From assembly GCA_000934665.2 (NCBI GenBank), contig JYFJ02004033.1, forward strand, positions 1 through 35,398: a stretch of 35,398 bases of DNA, in the 5' to 3' direction. Origin of the DNA: Catajapyx aquilonaris. Its lineage: Eukaryota. A program made the position numbers and the translations under genes. Below, piece by piece: positions 1 to 12,978 of this stretch (positions within the stretch are counted from its first letter, which is position 1; every line of letters begins with the position of its first letter). The notes beneath the pieces were generated by a model, which was not told the origin of the DNA, searched no databases, and worked only from the letters and a program-made list of their open reading frames with translations.

Positions 1-350
1 GGGGGGGGGGGGGGGAGTGACCTAACCTGAGTCTTCTATAACCATGGTCCCGAATTAGGAATAATTAATTTCTGTGGATTATGTCACTTTTGCAATGCAT
101 TGTAAGTTATAGTAGATCATGGAGACTCCGTCCTCTGTAATTTATTCTTTGTATAGTCCTTGATGGCCTTTACTGACTTAACTTTTGTCTCCTTCATCAG
201 CACAGAAAACAAAACAAGCATCATCTACTTACTTGTTAGTAATTCAAACGTGCTCGAGTAAACCAACAGCTTTGCTACAGTGATGCAATTTTTTAAACGC
301 CATCTATAATAATTATTGTCCTTCTGGTAGTCCCAGTTCCATATAGCCTA

Positions 351-786
351 CAGGGTGGCCAGTATAATTATGTGAATTCATTTGCCAAAATGATACGGTT
401 GGTAGGGGGGTGGGGATGGAAGAAGCTTGGCATGAGTCCGAAAGGCCGGCGACGATCCGTCTTGGAGATGCCGACTTTTGACATAACATCGACGATGTCT
501 ATCCTGACAAATAGGCATATGGATTCCCCGTTCATGCCTGCATCGCTGGTTGCCGGTCGAGGTGCTCACACTCCCTACTCCCAGACAGTTGAGTTGCTCA
601 ACCGGCCGGGCCCGGCAACCAGCGATGCAGGCATGAACGGGGAATCCATATGCCTATTTGTCAGGATGTACGGGGGATCCATACTTGTCAGGACAGACAT
701 CGACGATGTCAATGGTCGTCACCGGCACACTCGCTCCTTCGTATATCCCGTGTAAGAAATGTGACCCATGTTGTGCGCACACCTTA
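351..786. mobile_element. Degenerate Tc1/mariner-type foldback MITE remnant enclosing a perfect internal inverted repeat
   Basis: Begins TA|CAGGGTG at 349-357, the terminus shared by other MITEs in the window. Outer arms match only weakly (gccggcgacga vs reverse complement gccggtgacga), and the right boundary is uncertain. Confidence 0.4.
501..667. repeat. Perfect 56-bp inverted repeat with 55-bp spacer
   Basis: 501-556 (atcctgacaaatagg...ggttgccgg) is the exact reverse complement of 612-667. Confidence 0.95.
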
Positions 787-1899
787 TATACGAAATTATG
801 AGTACTGTATCTGAAATAATACGAGGTGTTCCAAACTTCCTACTGAACTGCCCCAAAATCACAATTTTTGGAGCTATTTTTAGCTTTCGGCCCACTGAAT
901 TGCGATCAGTTCACCTAGTGCGTCATAGATGGCGTTATTTCTTGGAAGTTCCCCCATTCCTCAACCATCTGGTCACCAGTTCTCATTCCACCCACCAGTT
1001 GTTATGAGCAGCGCGGGAGAGAAGTACCGTGTCGAGAAGACGCGACGGGGGCAAGTGAAGCCAGAGCTATAGGCAAATCGCTTTGCAATATGTACATTTA
1101 CTAGGTTGGATGGGAAATCTTAGGTATCGGACTGCCAGGACTGGGGTACAGTACGTCCTATAATACGGGTCGCGATGGAGGATTTTCAATGACGTCCTGT
1201 CGAATACAACGAAAACCTCACCAATACGAAAAATGTAGATATTCGACGACGTACTTCCTGTGCTATAACAGCTAATATTTCGGATCACCTCCAAAAGTAA
1301 CTGTTTAAAAAAATAATTACTCAATAACATGCAGCTCAGTGCGAAATATCTTGCTCACAGACAGACAGACTGTGAGTTTGTAACACTCCCTTATATCAAT
1401 GGTATTACTTTGTAATTTATTTTATCAGTGGCAAAGCAAAGATAATTTGCAGAGCAAAATGTCAAACATACAGTATATTCCGATTTCTCGCGAATACATC
1501 AAAGCCATCGTAAAAGAGAAGCAATGGCGTTTCGAACTAGAGCAAGTCACAAAAACTTCACATTCGCTCTGAGTGAAACCCATGATTTGACACGCTTTCC
1601 ATACCTTATGCAGAATTCCCTCGTCAATGTTCGTTTATTCTCACTATTTGAAAGGAAAATACCGATATCTATTTAAAAAATTCGCCTTTAAATTCGAATG
1701 AAAAAAGAAAATTGCCTTGATCTTATACAACAGGTGATAACGCATAATTAAGCAGTATAAACATTCCCCAGTTGAAAGGATTCTGTTTCAGGATTGGTTA
1801 CAGCATATATCACAATAGTCTGACGCAGTCAGTGGCTACTTGCATTATGAAAAATTGCAAATTCTCGATTTGCAGCTTCCGGAATCCTCAGCTGGGTAT

Positions 1900-3150
1900 C
1901 TAACTACGCAAAAACTTAGTTTCACTCTTTCACCTAATATTATTAGGAACCTGTATGTATGCCGATCGTATACTACAGATATTTAGGCGAAAGCCGATTC
2001 TCTGTGCCCTATAGCCTTGCACATGTTTTTCAATATTATTTCAGAAGTATCCCAAGTGGAAAATACGATTTTCTTTATATCCTACCTTTTCATTTCTAGC
2101 TAGTACGCCTACACAGTTGTCTATTTCCTAATTCATTTGAAGTAAAGGACCTTAGAGCACTACACCATTATAATTGCCAGACTATATATAACTGTTGCAA
2201 TGGGGAAACGGCGGAAAACTCCACCTACACGAGATAACTTGGGAGAAATAGAAAGCGCTCACATCAGACGAAGTTTCTCAATGAGGTATTTATATCTCTA
2301 TTATTATCCTACGTTTGTCTTCTGAACCCATGTTGAATTAAACCTGATCTCATCAATAAAACTACGGCTGTAGCAATTTAGAACACAAGCGACAGCTTTG
2401 CCAACATATGCTAAAACCTATATTTCAACGAAGCGACGTATCCAGGATATCACTTGGAGGATAACGGCCGGAAAGGAGGTGGACACACACGTATACACTT
2501 CTATCGTCATGGAAATATGAATGTTCTGCAAAAAGTTACGAACACCCAACAATGTGTGACATAAGTCGGAAACATTCGCCAGTTTTCATGTAGTGCACTA
2601 ATGATACCGCATGGCTCACTCACAGACATGAAGAGGATATCCAGCGTTTCAATTGGATTTCCGTCACACTAAAATTGATCCGCAGGAATAATTTTGGTTC
2701 TGACTTTGGATCTATAAACCTTTCAAGGCATTGCTATACAACCACTAGAGAAACAATATTGTGATCCCCGAACGTCAATGCAGCTTATCTCAACGTAAGC
2801 TCAGTCCGGATGGAAATTACACGAACGCTTAAGGCCTTGAAGGAGTCACCAGGAAACTAGCTATTTGAAGGTCGCTCGTACTTTGCCGATACAGTACGAG
2901 ACTCTCGCGAATCGACCTGGACGTCTCCTGTGGAAGGGACCAGAAGGCAAATTGATGCTTATTAAATTACCCAAAGAATTTATTGCCTGGCTAAACATGC
3001 ATTATCAGCAAGCGCAAAAACCTGGACCTGTATAATTATACTGGTCAAAACGAGTGGTGGGGATGTTACCTGGATTGATACCACTGACTGGCTAGAGAAA
3101 GTTTTTGAAATGAGAATGCGCTTTCATCAACCAATAGCGTGGAGGTAGAC
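1900..3150 (+). pseudogene. Highly decayed non-LTR retrotransposon (LINE, possibly RTE-like) endonuclease/RT remnant
   Basis: Collinear peptide fragments in shifting frames: EHYTIIIARL (~2155, like the APE C-terminal SDHY..IAK motif), EITRTLKALKESPG (2813-2854, like EV..AIK.LK..KSPG), IAWLNMHYQ (~2982, like ISLLN..YK) and TTDWLEKVFE....HQ (~3080-3130, like STTD..LEK.WE....HQ). Many stops and frameshifts; recognised by eye only. Confidence 0.4.
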
Positions 3151-3267
3151 CTGTTTGTCTCTCAACCGAAGCTCCAGATGACACACTATCTTGTCGAATG
3201 TCAGATAGCCTTAGTTTCCTTGGCTTTCACAATAAACCAACCACACTTGTCGAGGCTTATTCCTATG

Positions 3268-3585
3268 CAGGATGTTCCAATTTAAATGTCGGTGTTAGTT
3301 AGCAATAATTTTAGACATCAGCTTCTTTTAAGCAGTTACTTTTAGTGGTCTTCAAAAGTATTAGCAGCTCTTATTAGGATGCATGCACACCTGCAAGGAA
3401 ACAATTGGTGAGATGCGAATTGTGCCAATGGGCCATTCCCAGTCAGGAATTCGTCACAGCTTGAATAGGTATTAAATATGGCCTATTATTATAGGCAATA
3501 CTTTAGATAACTATACTAAAATAACTACTTCAACATAACTGCTTTAAAATAAGCAATGTCAACAAATCGCTAATTAAAAAATGAC
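3268..3585. mobile_element. Degenerate copy of the CAGGGTG MITE family seen at 11669-12074
   Basis: Shares agcagttactttt, tcaaaa.tatta, ccaatgggc.attcc and taaaataagca segments, in the same order, with 11669-12074. Confidence 0.65.
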
Positions 3586-3728
3586 ATTTCAATGACCCTC
3601 CTCCCCCTCTGTATGCGAGGTTTGGCATTAGCAGTCTGTGATATTTCGACTATAGCAGCTACAGAAAAAAAGGAGTTACTGCTAAGTATCATAATGTCGA
3701 TTGTTGCTTGTCCGTCTGCAGTAGTCTC

Positions 3729-3881
3729 ATGGCCTATTCTTATATCCGCGAGCCTCCTTGTGACCGGGAACCATTGTTGACCTCGGTGGTCGGGTGGTGT
3801 CCGACAACAATGGTTCCCGGTCGCACATGGGCTCGACGCTGGCAGGACAGGTCACTTCCCGCGAATATGAGCATAGGTCAT
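3729..3881. mobile_element. Small foldback MITE
   Basis: Outer arms atggcctattcttatatccgcg / cgcgaatatgagcataggtcat and inner arms tgtgaccgggaaccattgttg / caacaatggttcccggtcgca are near-complementary. Confidence 0.7.
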
Positions 3882-4937
3882 CATGGAGCCCGACATGCAA
3901 CACTTGCTCATATCACACTTGTACATATTTACGGTTTTTTCCCAGCTCCCAGTCGGAAAATCGCTCGCGGAGGCACTCGTTAGCGAGATTTCCATCGATA
4001 CGGACCTCAGTGCTTGCATTAGGGACACATGGTATATTCAGAGCTAATGAGTCAGAAAATGCAACTTGTCGATGGATGAAGGAGAACCTGGCTGGCGGAA
4101 ATGAGCCTAATTTCTGCCTAGTTCAGGAAGTTTATTGTTATTTCTATGCCGTTAATGCCCACCAACACAAGAAGGACCATAAATGGCCATACTTAAAAGA
4201 TAGGCGTGAAACTCAAACGGTACACATGCAAATTATGCGCCTAAAACACCTGCAGGTGAAGTTCTTAATTTGCACTACACCTTGCAATAGTATTCAAGCT
4301 GTGGGAAAGAGGGGCCAGGGTGGGGGGGAAAGAAGTTTAAAAAAAAGTTATATCTGTTGACGTCACGCATTCCCGGAGGGTATAACAAAACGAACATTGG
4401 ATGTGCTCAGCACCTAACTGCAGTCACTCTGACGAAATGTTATATATCTCGCAACTGAGCGGGGGCTTCAGGCCTTCGTTGTCATTTTGCCACTTCTCTA
4501 TTTACATGCGTCAGGCTTATGCAGAGAAAAGGGCCGTTATTGGTACTGAGCTTGTAAAAAAGCTGTCACGAGAGCATGATTTTGTTCATATGCGACTCAC
4601 GAGCACTATATTTATTAATAAATTTACATTATTTTATTTAATAAATAACAGTTATCACATCTCTTGCTGTAAACACTTGTTATGTCAGTGTTTCAAACCC
4701 TTTTTTAAAAACTATACACTCGTACAGTGTATTGCTTATATATTCACGAAGTTTTCTGGCCATATTCATGGTCTACAGATGTAGATAATTGACAAAAAAA
4801 AAAGACGGCAGTCGTATCAGACTTACATAAGTTGTGTTGCACTTCCATATGTGGCAAGTGTCCCGCAAAAAATTACATTGCTGCTTTACACGCGAACATG
4901 ATGTTAGAAATAGTTTTGCCACATTTAAATACGCGTA

Positions 4938-5385
4938 AGGTATATAGGTGCCCCAGTGGTGGCTCAGTGGACACTTACAACCTAAATAACAACGGATTTT
5001 TTAAATTTTTTAATTTATTTATCATTTTTTGCGTGCACGGACTGCACGGACTACCCCCGGACTACCCTTAGTGAATAACACCTCGACTTACCCTTCCCTG
5101 ATGATATTCACACTACCCCAGTAAATATGGTATGCGGAGGGGTCCATAACTGGGGCAGTCGTCATTTGGGTGATCCATAACTGGGGCATGTGCACACTTC
5201 CATACAAAAATTCTTTACGCAAAGCTAACCTGTTCAATGTGGCACGAATATGCACTGGATGAAAGAGCAAGTTTCGACGATTCGAACGATATTTTTTTCG
5301 AGGATGTCTTACAGTAATTCCCCTGCATAGTGTGTCCGACGTGAATATTTTTTTCTTAACGGGTCCATCACTGGGGCACCTACCT
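4938..5385. mobile_element. TA-flanked MITE (Tc1/mariner/pogo-type) with subterminal repeats
   Basis: Left TA|AGGTA(tata)GGTGCCCCAGT and right ACTGGGGCACCTACCT|TA. The motif tccat(a/c)actggggca recurs three times (~5143, ~5174, ~5364). Confidence 0.7.
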
Positions 5386-5610
5386 TATCTTATGTAAAAT
5401 CATCCGGTGTGAAGTAAAACACACAATGACATTTTGCCCTTCAATTTCCTACGACGGTTTTAAAATGGCACAGAGAAAGGCATACCTTAACCATTATTCC
5501 CTGTAATAGGTACGGCTGCACCTCGTACCTAAGAAAACAAAGGACAACCTCTTTATTGACAAAATTTTGTGCTTAACGCTTCCTACTAAATTAATAATCC
5601 ATGTGGAATC

Positions 5611-5946
5611 GGGGAGACGGAGTGGCGCCGCGGTAACGCGCGCGCCCACGGAAGTTAAGGTCTCGGGTTCAATCCCCACCCGGGGTTCCCACCTTCTTTC
5701 GTGCAGAGTTGGGCCATCTCTGGCTTCGTTTCGGGTGGCAATTTCCGGCAGACTAAGCCACCCGGGGGAGTTCACAAAATGACGATTAGAGACATTGCAC
5801 TTTGCACATCCCCTCCCACCCACCCTTGGAGCATACTAATTAAGATTCTTCTTAAACTCGCTCCAAAAACAATTCCAAAGGTGGCAACCCCCCCCCCCCT
5901 AAGGAGTAGTATAACTCCCCCCGTGGGGTAATGAAAAAATAAAATA

Positions 5947-5996
<50 letters not shown>
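5611..5996 (+). mobile_element. Full-length tRNA-derived SINE (tRNA-Arg(ACG)-like head) with (AAT)n tail
   Basis: A box agtggcgccgcgg (~5621), B box ggttcaatccc (5666-5676), and head gtggcgc..cggtaacgcg....c.acgga resembling tRNA-Arg(ACG). TSD taataatccatgtggaatc at 5592-5610 and 5997-6015. Confidence 0.92.
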
Positions 5997-6003
<7 letters not shown>

Positions 6004-7394
6004 CCATGTGGAATCCACCACGTCTGGATACTGTATAATTTTCCGGTAACATTTCCTGGCAAATCATCGGAACGGTTCTTGCGAATACTCGGGAAGTACT
6101 CCAACAAAATGTAAACTTCCATCCGTCCGATTAAGTTAGTTACTCCTGAGAAACGTCAGAAATCTCCCTCGCGGGCGGGAAACTCCTTATGATGAATTGA
6201 TGACTATTGATAACGACTTACACCTCGCGAAATCGAGTTTATGGCGTTGAACAGTAAATGGGTGTGACTTAAATGGTTTATAGACATAGCTTGTACAGTT
6301 TAGTGTATGCGCATGATATTGTTGAAAAATGTAATTGATACAGGAGACCTGCAAGAGCCGCCAGATATTCCCACTTCTCTAGCCCAATATCTGGAGTAAG
6401 AAAGATCCAACACAAAACCTGCCCCTACAACAGCTATGTGAAAATATGTTAAAAAAAAGAGCTACAGCTATAACGAATTCAACAACATATTTTCCTCACT
6501 ATACCTGTAAGGGTCATTAACTGCTCTTTGAAAATATTTCTGATTTGCCGGAAAAGTTCACTTCATACGAGAAAAAGGTCATATTCTACCATCTTTCCTG
6601 CTATGAATCTCTCCTGAACAGGTTTTTACAGTATCCAGAGTCAAAACAAATGCTCGGGCGTCAAAACATCCTCAAATCTATTGCAAGGTATGAATGCAAC
6701 AGTTTATTTCTGGATCAAGATTACAATAAGCAATAAAAAAGCGCGCCCCTGAAAAGCATTGACTTTTTATTGCACATAAAACCTGTTATGAGGGACGTTC
6801 CCTTTACAACCAGACTGGAACTCCTTAAGAAAAAGTGTACAGTACGAGTATGTCATCGAGACGCGCCCCTTTAGTCCCTAATATGAACCCATGGAATAGA
6901 ATGAAACAGGATATCGTCGGAATCAGCAACATTGGGTGTCATTATTGCATCAAGTAGCTGAAAACATTGCGATTGACTATTGACCCACTGGCGCTTGAGG
7001 CCGATGGTTAAACCTATTAGATCCTCCTGCATGGACGCATCCATTCGCCATAATATTATAAGCGAATATTTGGGACAACATCGAAATGTAGCTGTTCGAT
7101 AGTAACTGCTTGATAATAAGCAGCTTAGTACCAAAATCGGTAACCATTATCAGCAACTTCGTCAGAACACACTGCATATAATTATAAAGCAAAATGTTTG
7201 TGGATGTTCAGAACCTACCCATTTCCAGACTATAGTCTACTAGTATAAAAAGCTAAATATTGGCACGATGATTGCTTTTTTTTGGGGGGGGGGGGGAGCT
7301 GGTTAGCTGGATTCCCAGGAAGAGGTCTCCTGGCAGTTCCCATAATGTATCATCGGACGTTAGGGAGTCTTCCATCTGCCCAAATCTGTTTAAA

Positions 7395-7545
7395 AAGGTG
7401 GTCCTAAGCTAAAATTTTGGGGTTTGGGACTTCCCTGGGGCTTCAACTAATCAGCCATCAGCGTGCCAATTTTCAGCTCTCTGGGTAGTCGAAAAGTTGG
7501 TTCGAATTTTCGAACATACATACTTACAAACTTTGCGATTTATAC
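7395..7545. mobile_element. Probable Helitron/Helentron-derived non-autonomous fragment
   Basis: gccaattttcagctctct...catacatac...tttgcgattta resembles bodies of insect non-autonomous rolling-circle elements. A similar stretch lies at ~7970-8040. No termini identified. Confidence 0.3.
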
Positions 7546-8695
7546 ACATGTTCTGTCCGATGTAAATGCTCTTAGTGGTTAGTGATTCTGACACTTAACT
7601 GCTTATTTCGAACCAGTCACTTCGGAAGTAGCCTTGAGAGGTGATCTAAGATATTACCTGATAATAATCGGTTGGATGGAGAGTATCTATCGGACAAGAA
7701 GAGTTTTCTCATCCGGAAAGAGACAAAATTACCCGCAGAAATGTGATTCTCCCTCTGGCTTTTTGTTGCCATGCCCACAAGGAGAGTTTCCCCTTAGAAA
7801 GTATCCAAGCGGAAGATATAGCCTATTAGTCTACACCTGGCGAAGGAACGGCCGCCAACCAATTGACTCCCCCCTAATTGGGCCAAAATTCGCAATCTTC
7901 CGAGAACCGCCCAGCTCTTCCCGTATGCTCTGACCAGAATGACCTGCAAGCTGTTGTTATCAGATAATGGCTATTTTCAGTTCTCTGCCTGGAAATGGGT
8001 TAGAATTTACAGAAATATATATAAACACTCATAAACTTTGTTCATGTGTTCTCGTACCTACAGAAATATAGTTACAGTTCACACTGGGTTGTTGCTCAAA
8101 TCTATAACTCGAGAGCAGTTATTATGTACAGTATCCAGTGTAATCCCCTTAATTTAATCAAGGATTATCGCATACTCCAGTTGTTGTTTTTTTTCATGGA
8201 TTACCAAATCCCCTTCTTCCTACTCATACAGGGTTGTCCGCCTAATCGACTCAGCCGAATAATAGCACAAGATTAACTGTAAAGAGGGTGCTGTAAGATT
8301 AGAAAGATAAAGTTTTGCAACAGGTACTACACGCAGGCTCAGGCCTGTAGTTAGACAGACAAGCTTGGAGGGGCAGATGTAAATTAAGGTCACGCAAATA
8401 TTCCGCATTTTAATCTCATATTTTTACAGTTCACTGCCAAGTACTGTACCACAATAACTTTTTAATATAAAATCTGGAGAGCGGAACTGCGCGAATCAAT
8501 CGGTTGCGTTCCGCTCTCCGGCTCCCGCTGTGGCGCTGTGGGATCGCAATAATCCTCAAATTGTCTTTGCTCATTACGACGAGATGTGGGGAATGAATTC
8601 CTCAAGTGGTTCTAGAACACTTAGAAAAATGCCCGCATTGATTCAAGTTGAAATAACAAATTTTATAAAACTGCGTTCCGTCAAATATGATTTCA

Positions 8696-9054
8696 CTAGG
8701 TAACAAGTTGCCAAAATTTGGCAACAAACACGTTTCTTGTGTTTTCCTCTCTACCACGTCTTTCGAAGCGACATCCGACGGTAAAGTGCAGAAATAAGGG
8801 AGTCTCCACCAAACATGTGGCGATGGCGGCCTGAGCGGCGGAATAGGGAATTCCGTGGAACCTGCTTCGTCGGAATGCCGTGGTTTTTTTTGCGTTTGAC
8901 AAAGTCCGTCGGCCCTTTTTCCCACACACACACACACAAAAAGTGGTTTGCAAATATAGAAAACGCAGGCAAAATTTTGACACCACTCCTAACGCTATAG
9001 GCCGTACAGTGCGGGAGGAGTTTCCACACGACAGTCGGATATTAATAATATAGA
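8696..9054 (-). mobile_element. Complete non-autonomous Helitron (359 bp)
   Basis: The minus strand begins A|TCTATATTATTAA (9055|9054) and ends with hairpin GTTGCCAAA-T-TTTGGCAAC (8725-8707), 7 nt, then CTAG|T (8699-8696|8695). It sits in an AT dinucleotide with no TSD and has an internal (GT)n tract. Confidence 0.8.
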
Positions 9055-9274
9055 TTTGATATTCAAATTCTCTCTCCCACATACGAGTCTTTTATACTGT
9101 ACATTAGACATAAGTGGTTGAATGTAAGTTCGCATTAAAAGGGTTACAGATACATTTTAACACGTCAATCTGAAATAGTTTACACGTGGTGTGAATGTGA
9201 ACTATTTCCGATGGTGTTGTGTTAAAATAAAATTACTAAACAAAATGCATCTGTAACAGGCTTCCAGGTATAAA

Positions 9275-9407
9275 GCTGGGTTAACCAGGTCGGTCGTTGT
9301 GTTGGGATCCACCAGTCAGTGTCCGTTCTTGTCGTTATATCTGGTACTCGCTGATTGGTGGATCCTAACAACAAGCTAACGGCAGACGACGTCAATGTGA
9401 ACCCAGC
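9275..9407. mobile_element. Small MITE with internal hairpin
   Basis: Ends gctgggttaac / gtgaacccagc. Internal arms tgttgggatccaccagtcag (9300-9319) / ctgattggtggatcctaaca (9351-9370). Confidence 0.6.
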
Positions 9408-11668
9408 ACCTTAACGCAGCAAGTTTCGGGTTTAAAATACGACGATTTTCCGTTTCCTTCCGTAATTCCGTGTGGGACGAGAGAAGTGGGTAATCACAAA
9501 ATCCTGAAGTACAAGCACACCTGTACAAGACTCGCATATCTACGAAATACGACAGCACTCCACAATCGCCTAAATAGAAATGGAGCTACTGAATATCATA
9601 GGGACTATTTGCTCTCTATTTGAGGTCATCTACCTTCCTCCCCATTACTCCCACAAAAAAAAATCCATCTTCGCTTCTCTATTAGACTATATAGTTGTAA
9701 CTTTAAGAGAGCTCTCAAGCTTTGAACCTGTCATGGGAATGAAACAAGTTAGGCAAATTGCACAAAAAAGAGGAGGGAGTATAGGTTCTGACACAGTTAT
9801 AATCAAGTTCTAGCCTGGCATTACATACGCAAAAAGTTCGAACTTTTTTCAATATAAGACTTTTCTTCTCAAATTCAAGACCACCAAAGGCAATACTATG
9901 ATGGAGTGCGTCTACCCGCAGCGATTCAAATGCGAGTCTGTCATCGTTAAGTGATATAGGCTACCATATGAATGCTCTCAGGCACATACTCTAGCGTCTA
10001 GCCTATATGACGGCAAACTTTCCTGTTCATATATTTAGTATCTGAGTTTCTTAGGCAATGAAGGGAAGCCATATGGGAATGATGAAGGGAAGCCATACTG
10101 GAACAAGGTTTTTTTCCTCTCTCTAAATAAAAATAGCATTGTGAGCCCTTCGAGAATATGATATACACATTGAAAAGTTATCTATGTAATCTGCTTCTAC
10201 AAAACGTTGTTTTACTTCCGAATACTCTGAAAACTATACACACAGTGTCGAGTCTAAATCATCTAAACTTTTGCATTATCCAAACATCCACATGGTATAT
10301 TAGCTACCTCTTTTTATGCCGGTTATGCTCTATGCTGTGCAGTGATGCTGCATATTTACCCCTGCCACTCCCAAATAGGTGTTTTGTCTGCATATGAGTC
10401 ACACAAGCCATGGACTGCACAGATTAATAAACCTGATATTAAATATGCAGCCCTCCATTGCCAATAACATGAGATTCTTTTCACTCCCACCCTCCCCTGC
10501 CAGTGTCTGTGTTTCCTTATTTTCGATTGTACTTGTAGTAGCAATTTTTTTGTCTCGATTAGTCCGGATAATCGAGACTCGAGTATATTTATATTATTTC
10601 TCTAATAAGTATCGAGCATCTCGTATAGGTAGAGGTCTCGTATAGGTAGAGGTCATAAGATTTTTATATGCATGGCAGGCCTCTACTTGTCATTACGGCA
10701 TTTCAATATTACTATGGATTAAATCAGTTGCACTAACATTTTCCTCATCACCATAAACACAAGTCAATTTACTGGTAACAAAGAATGAAGCTACAGTTTA
10801 ATGAAGTGTAAGGAATCAGGTATATCCATTTTGCTTCACAGATGTTTTCATGCGGTGATTGTGGGAAAAGAAATGAGCAACAGATACTGATTATGTTATC
10901 TCACTCTCAAAGGAATGTAACACTTCCTTTTTCCCAAATCCACCAACTCTGCAATTATGCCATTAAAACTTGGTCAACAACAGTATTTATGAGTTATAAT
11001 TATGATGTAATGGTCACATCAAATTTACGTAATAACAAAATATGTCAGTCCAATTTTGTATCATGTTTCCATGTGCTAATACTTCTTGACCATCAAGTCT
11101 TTTATGCTTAGTTAATTATGAATACAAGTGACTATTTCCATATGGAACCCTGGGGATTAGCATGAGCCCATCAAGAGCTCCAAGCATTTTCAAACAAAAA
11201 TGCAGGAAGTGGATTACTTGGGCATTCCACAATGCAATAAAATTGCCATAATGCATACAAGCAGTACTGTCCTCGCAATCACTAAGCCTACCAAGTATTT
11301 GCATGTGTCTGCAAAATAGCATGGAAAAAATTACCATAAATCTCAAGACACTGGAAAGTACAAATGGACACTTACAATGAGGCACACGTTAAATGTGCAT
11401 GTCAACTATATCGGGGATAGTTGTGAGCAGCAAAGATTAACTAGGAGCGAAGCATTCCGAACCATTGTAGACACAGAGTAGACTGGCACTAATAAAACCT
11501 GTTCCTACAGGAGAATCCCCACATTTTAAAAAACCATTTCCTTATGCAATTAAGCGCCACAAAGAGAGTAAAAAAATAAATAAGATATATATCTTCCTTA
11601 GGCTTTGTCTTACATAACACTAGTTACAAGGACAGAAAAACCCCTTCCAAATGGCACAATGCAACATA

Positions 11669-12074
11669 CAGGGTGATCCAAAATACTTGTTGACTGCTAT
11701 GGATATTTGTTGGCTCTAAGCAGCTTATTTTTAGCAGTTACTTTTGCATAGTTACTTTTAATGGTTATCAAAATTATTACTTGCTAATATTATGTTGCAT
11801 GTACCCATCCATTTTAAAGCCTCCAAGGGGGTCTGGCATGAACAAAGGGGTGGGCTCTGTCATTGACGTGAGCTGCCAACTGTTCCAATGGGCTATTCCT
11901 AATAGGAAATTCTTTACAATTCAGAGAAGGAATGGATGAATCACTTTGGTGTAATATTAGCAGCTAATACTTTTGATAACCATTAATGCAACTATGAGAT
12001 AGGAACTGTTAAAATAAGCAGCTTAGTGTGGACAAATAGCTATAGCAGTTGGACTAGTATTTAGGATCACCCTG
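11669..12074. mobile_element. Tc1/mariner-type MITE with long imperfect TIRs
   Basis: TA|CAGGGTGATCC(A/T)AAATACT ... AGTATTTAGGATCACCCTG|TA. Arms of about 120 bp are complementary (gcagcttatttt/aaaataagcagc, taatggttatcaaaa/ttttgataaccatta). Confidence 0.9.
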
Positions 12075-12206
12075 TATAATTTATGATGATAAAAAGTATT
12101 ATTTCCTTTCACAAGGTTACGTAGTAAACCTCACAAGTTATTTTTAAAGAAGCCCTTTTCTCAAATAACCTAATATGACTCGCCTGACAGCAATGGAGTA
12201 GGGCTA

Positions 12207-12381
12207 CAGTGAAACCTGTGTATAGCAGAATCGCATGGGACCCAAAAAAATTTCCATAATGGGCAGGTTTCTGCTATATCCTTCAAAAAATACATTACAT
12301 GTGTATGCCCATTCCCAGATATAATTCCGCAGTGGACAAGTTTCGGCTATACTCAGGGTCCATTATGAACAGGTTTCACTG
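12207..12381. mobile_element. pogo/Tigger-type MITE
   Basis: TA|CAGTGAAACCTGT ... ACAGGTTTCACTG|TA, with an internal repeat of the right-TIR motif (caggtttctgctata, caagtttcggctata). Confidence 0.9.
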
Positions 12382-12831
12382 TAGTATGTAAGCTGACTCA
12401 CACAGAGAGAAATGAAAGCATCAGCTCCTAAAAGTGTCTTTCACATTAGATCTCCCACAGATAAAACGTCCTAAGACTTACCTTTACGCAACTTGCATTC
12501 ATCTTAAAGCTGCTCAGTAGATGTATTCAAGCCAACACACTACGTCTACTACTTTTGCCTTTCAGAACCCTAGTGATCACCTCAGAAGATAACAGGCAAT
12601 GTGAAAAAATGGGGCATTGTGGTTCCTAAAGATTCTAAAATATTAGGGTAACAGAAAATCCATGGAAAACTTACACGTGGCTGAGAATGTCGGGAATTTC
12701 CACGACAAACCCCCACCCTGAGGTGAAATGGGTGTCCAAGACCCAAATGCTCCAAGAAAAAAGTGCAGCATGCTGATTGCTACTAAAACTGCTGCAGAAC
12801 CTGTCATTTAACCACAGGCCTGGTGAAACCA

Positions 12832-12978
12832 GTACTATCAGTCCACCAAGAATTGTCGTAGCGGCAGCGCACGAACTACAGTCTACGAGCACTTCTCCAT
12901 AGACTTCTCCCCCCCTAAGTGCTCGTAACTGTAGTTCGTGCGCTGCCGCTATGACAATTCTTGGTGGACTGATAGTAC
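12832..12978. mobile_element. Near-perfect hairpin MITE (~63-bp arms)
   Basis: 12832-12894 vs 12917-12978 differ by one substitution (CG>CA type) and one indel. 22-nt spacer; TA at both ends. Confidence 0.9.

Noticed and set aside
1..15. Poly-G runs (also ~7283-7296, 15622-15634) as G-quadruplex elements
   Set aside because: Homopolymer lengths are unreliable; one is at the window edge and one is next to an N.
5611..5690. Functional tRNA genes at SINE heads (also 17472, 18714, 32422, 34230)
   Set aside because: A/B boxes are present, but acceptor stems do not close and the sequences continue into SINE bodies, most with tails and TSDs.
9297..9374. pre-miRNA hairpin (also 12832-12978, 23924-24050)
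   Set aside because: These lie within or equal MITE-like elements with terminal repeats; I recognise no mature miRNA and have no expression data.
10058..10655. Short tandem duplications (atgaagggaagccata x2; tctcgtataggtagagg x2) and a small hairpin at 10552-10578
   Set aside because: Ordinary slippage products or MITE scraps, with no support for function.
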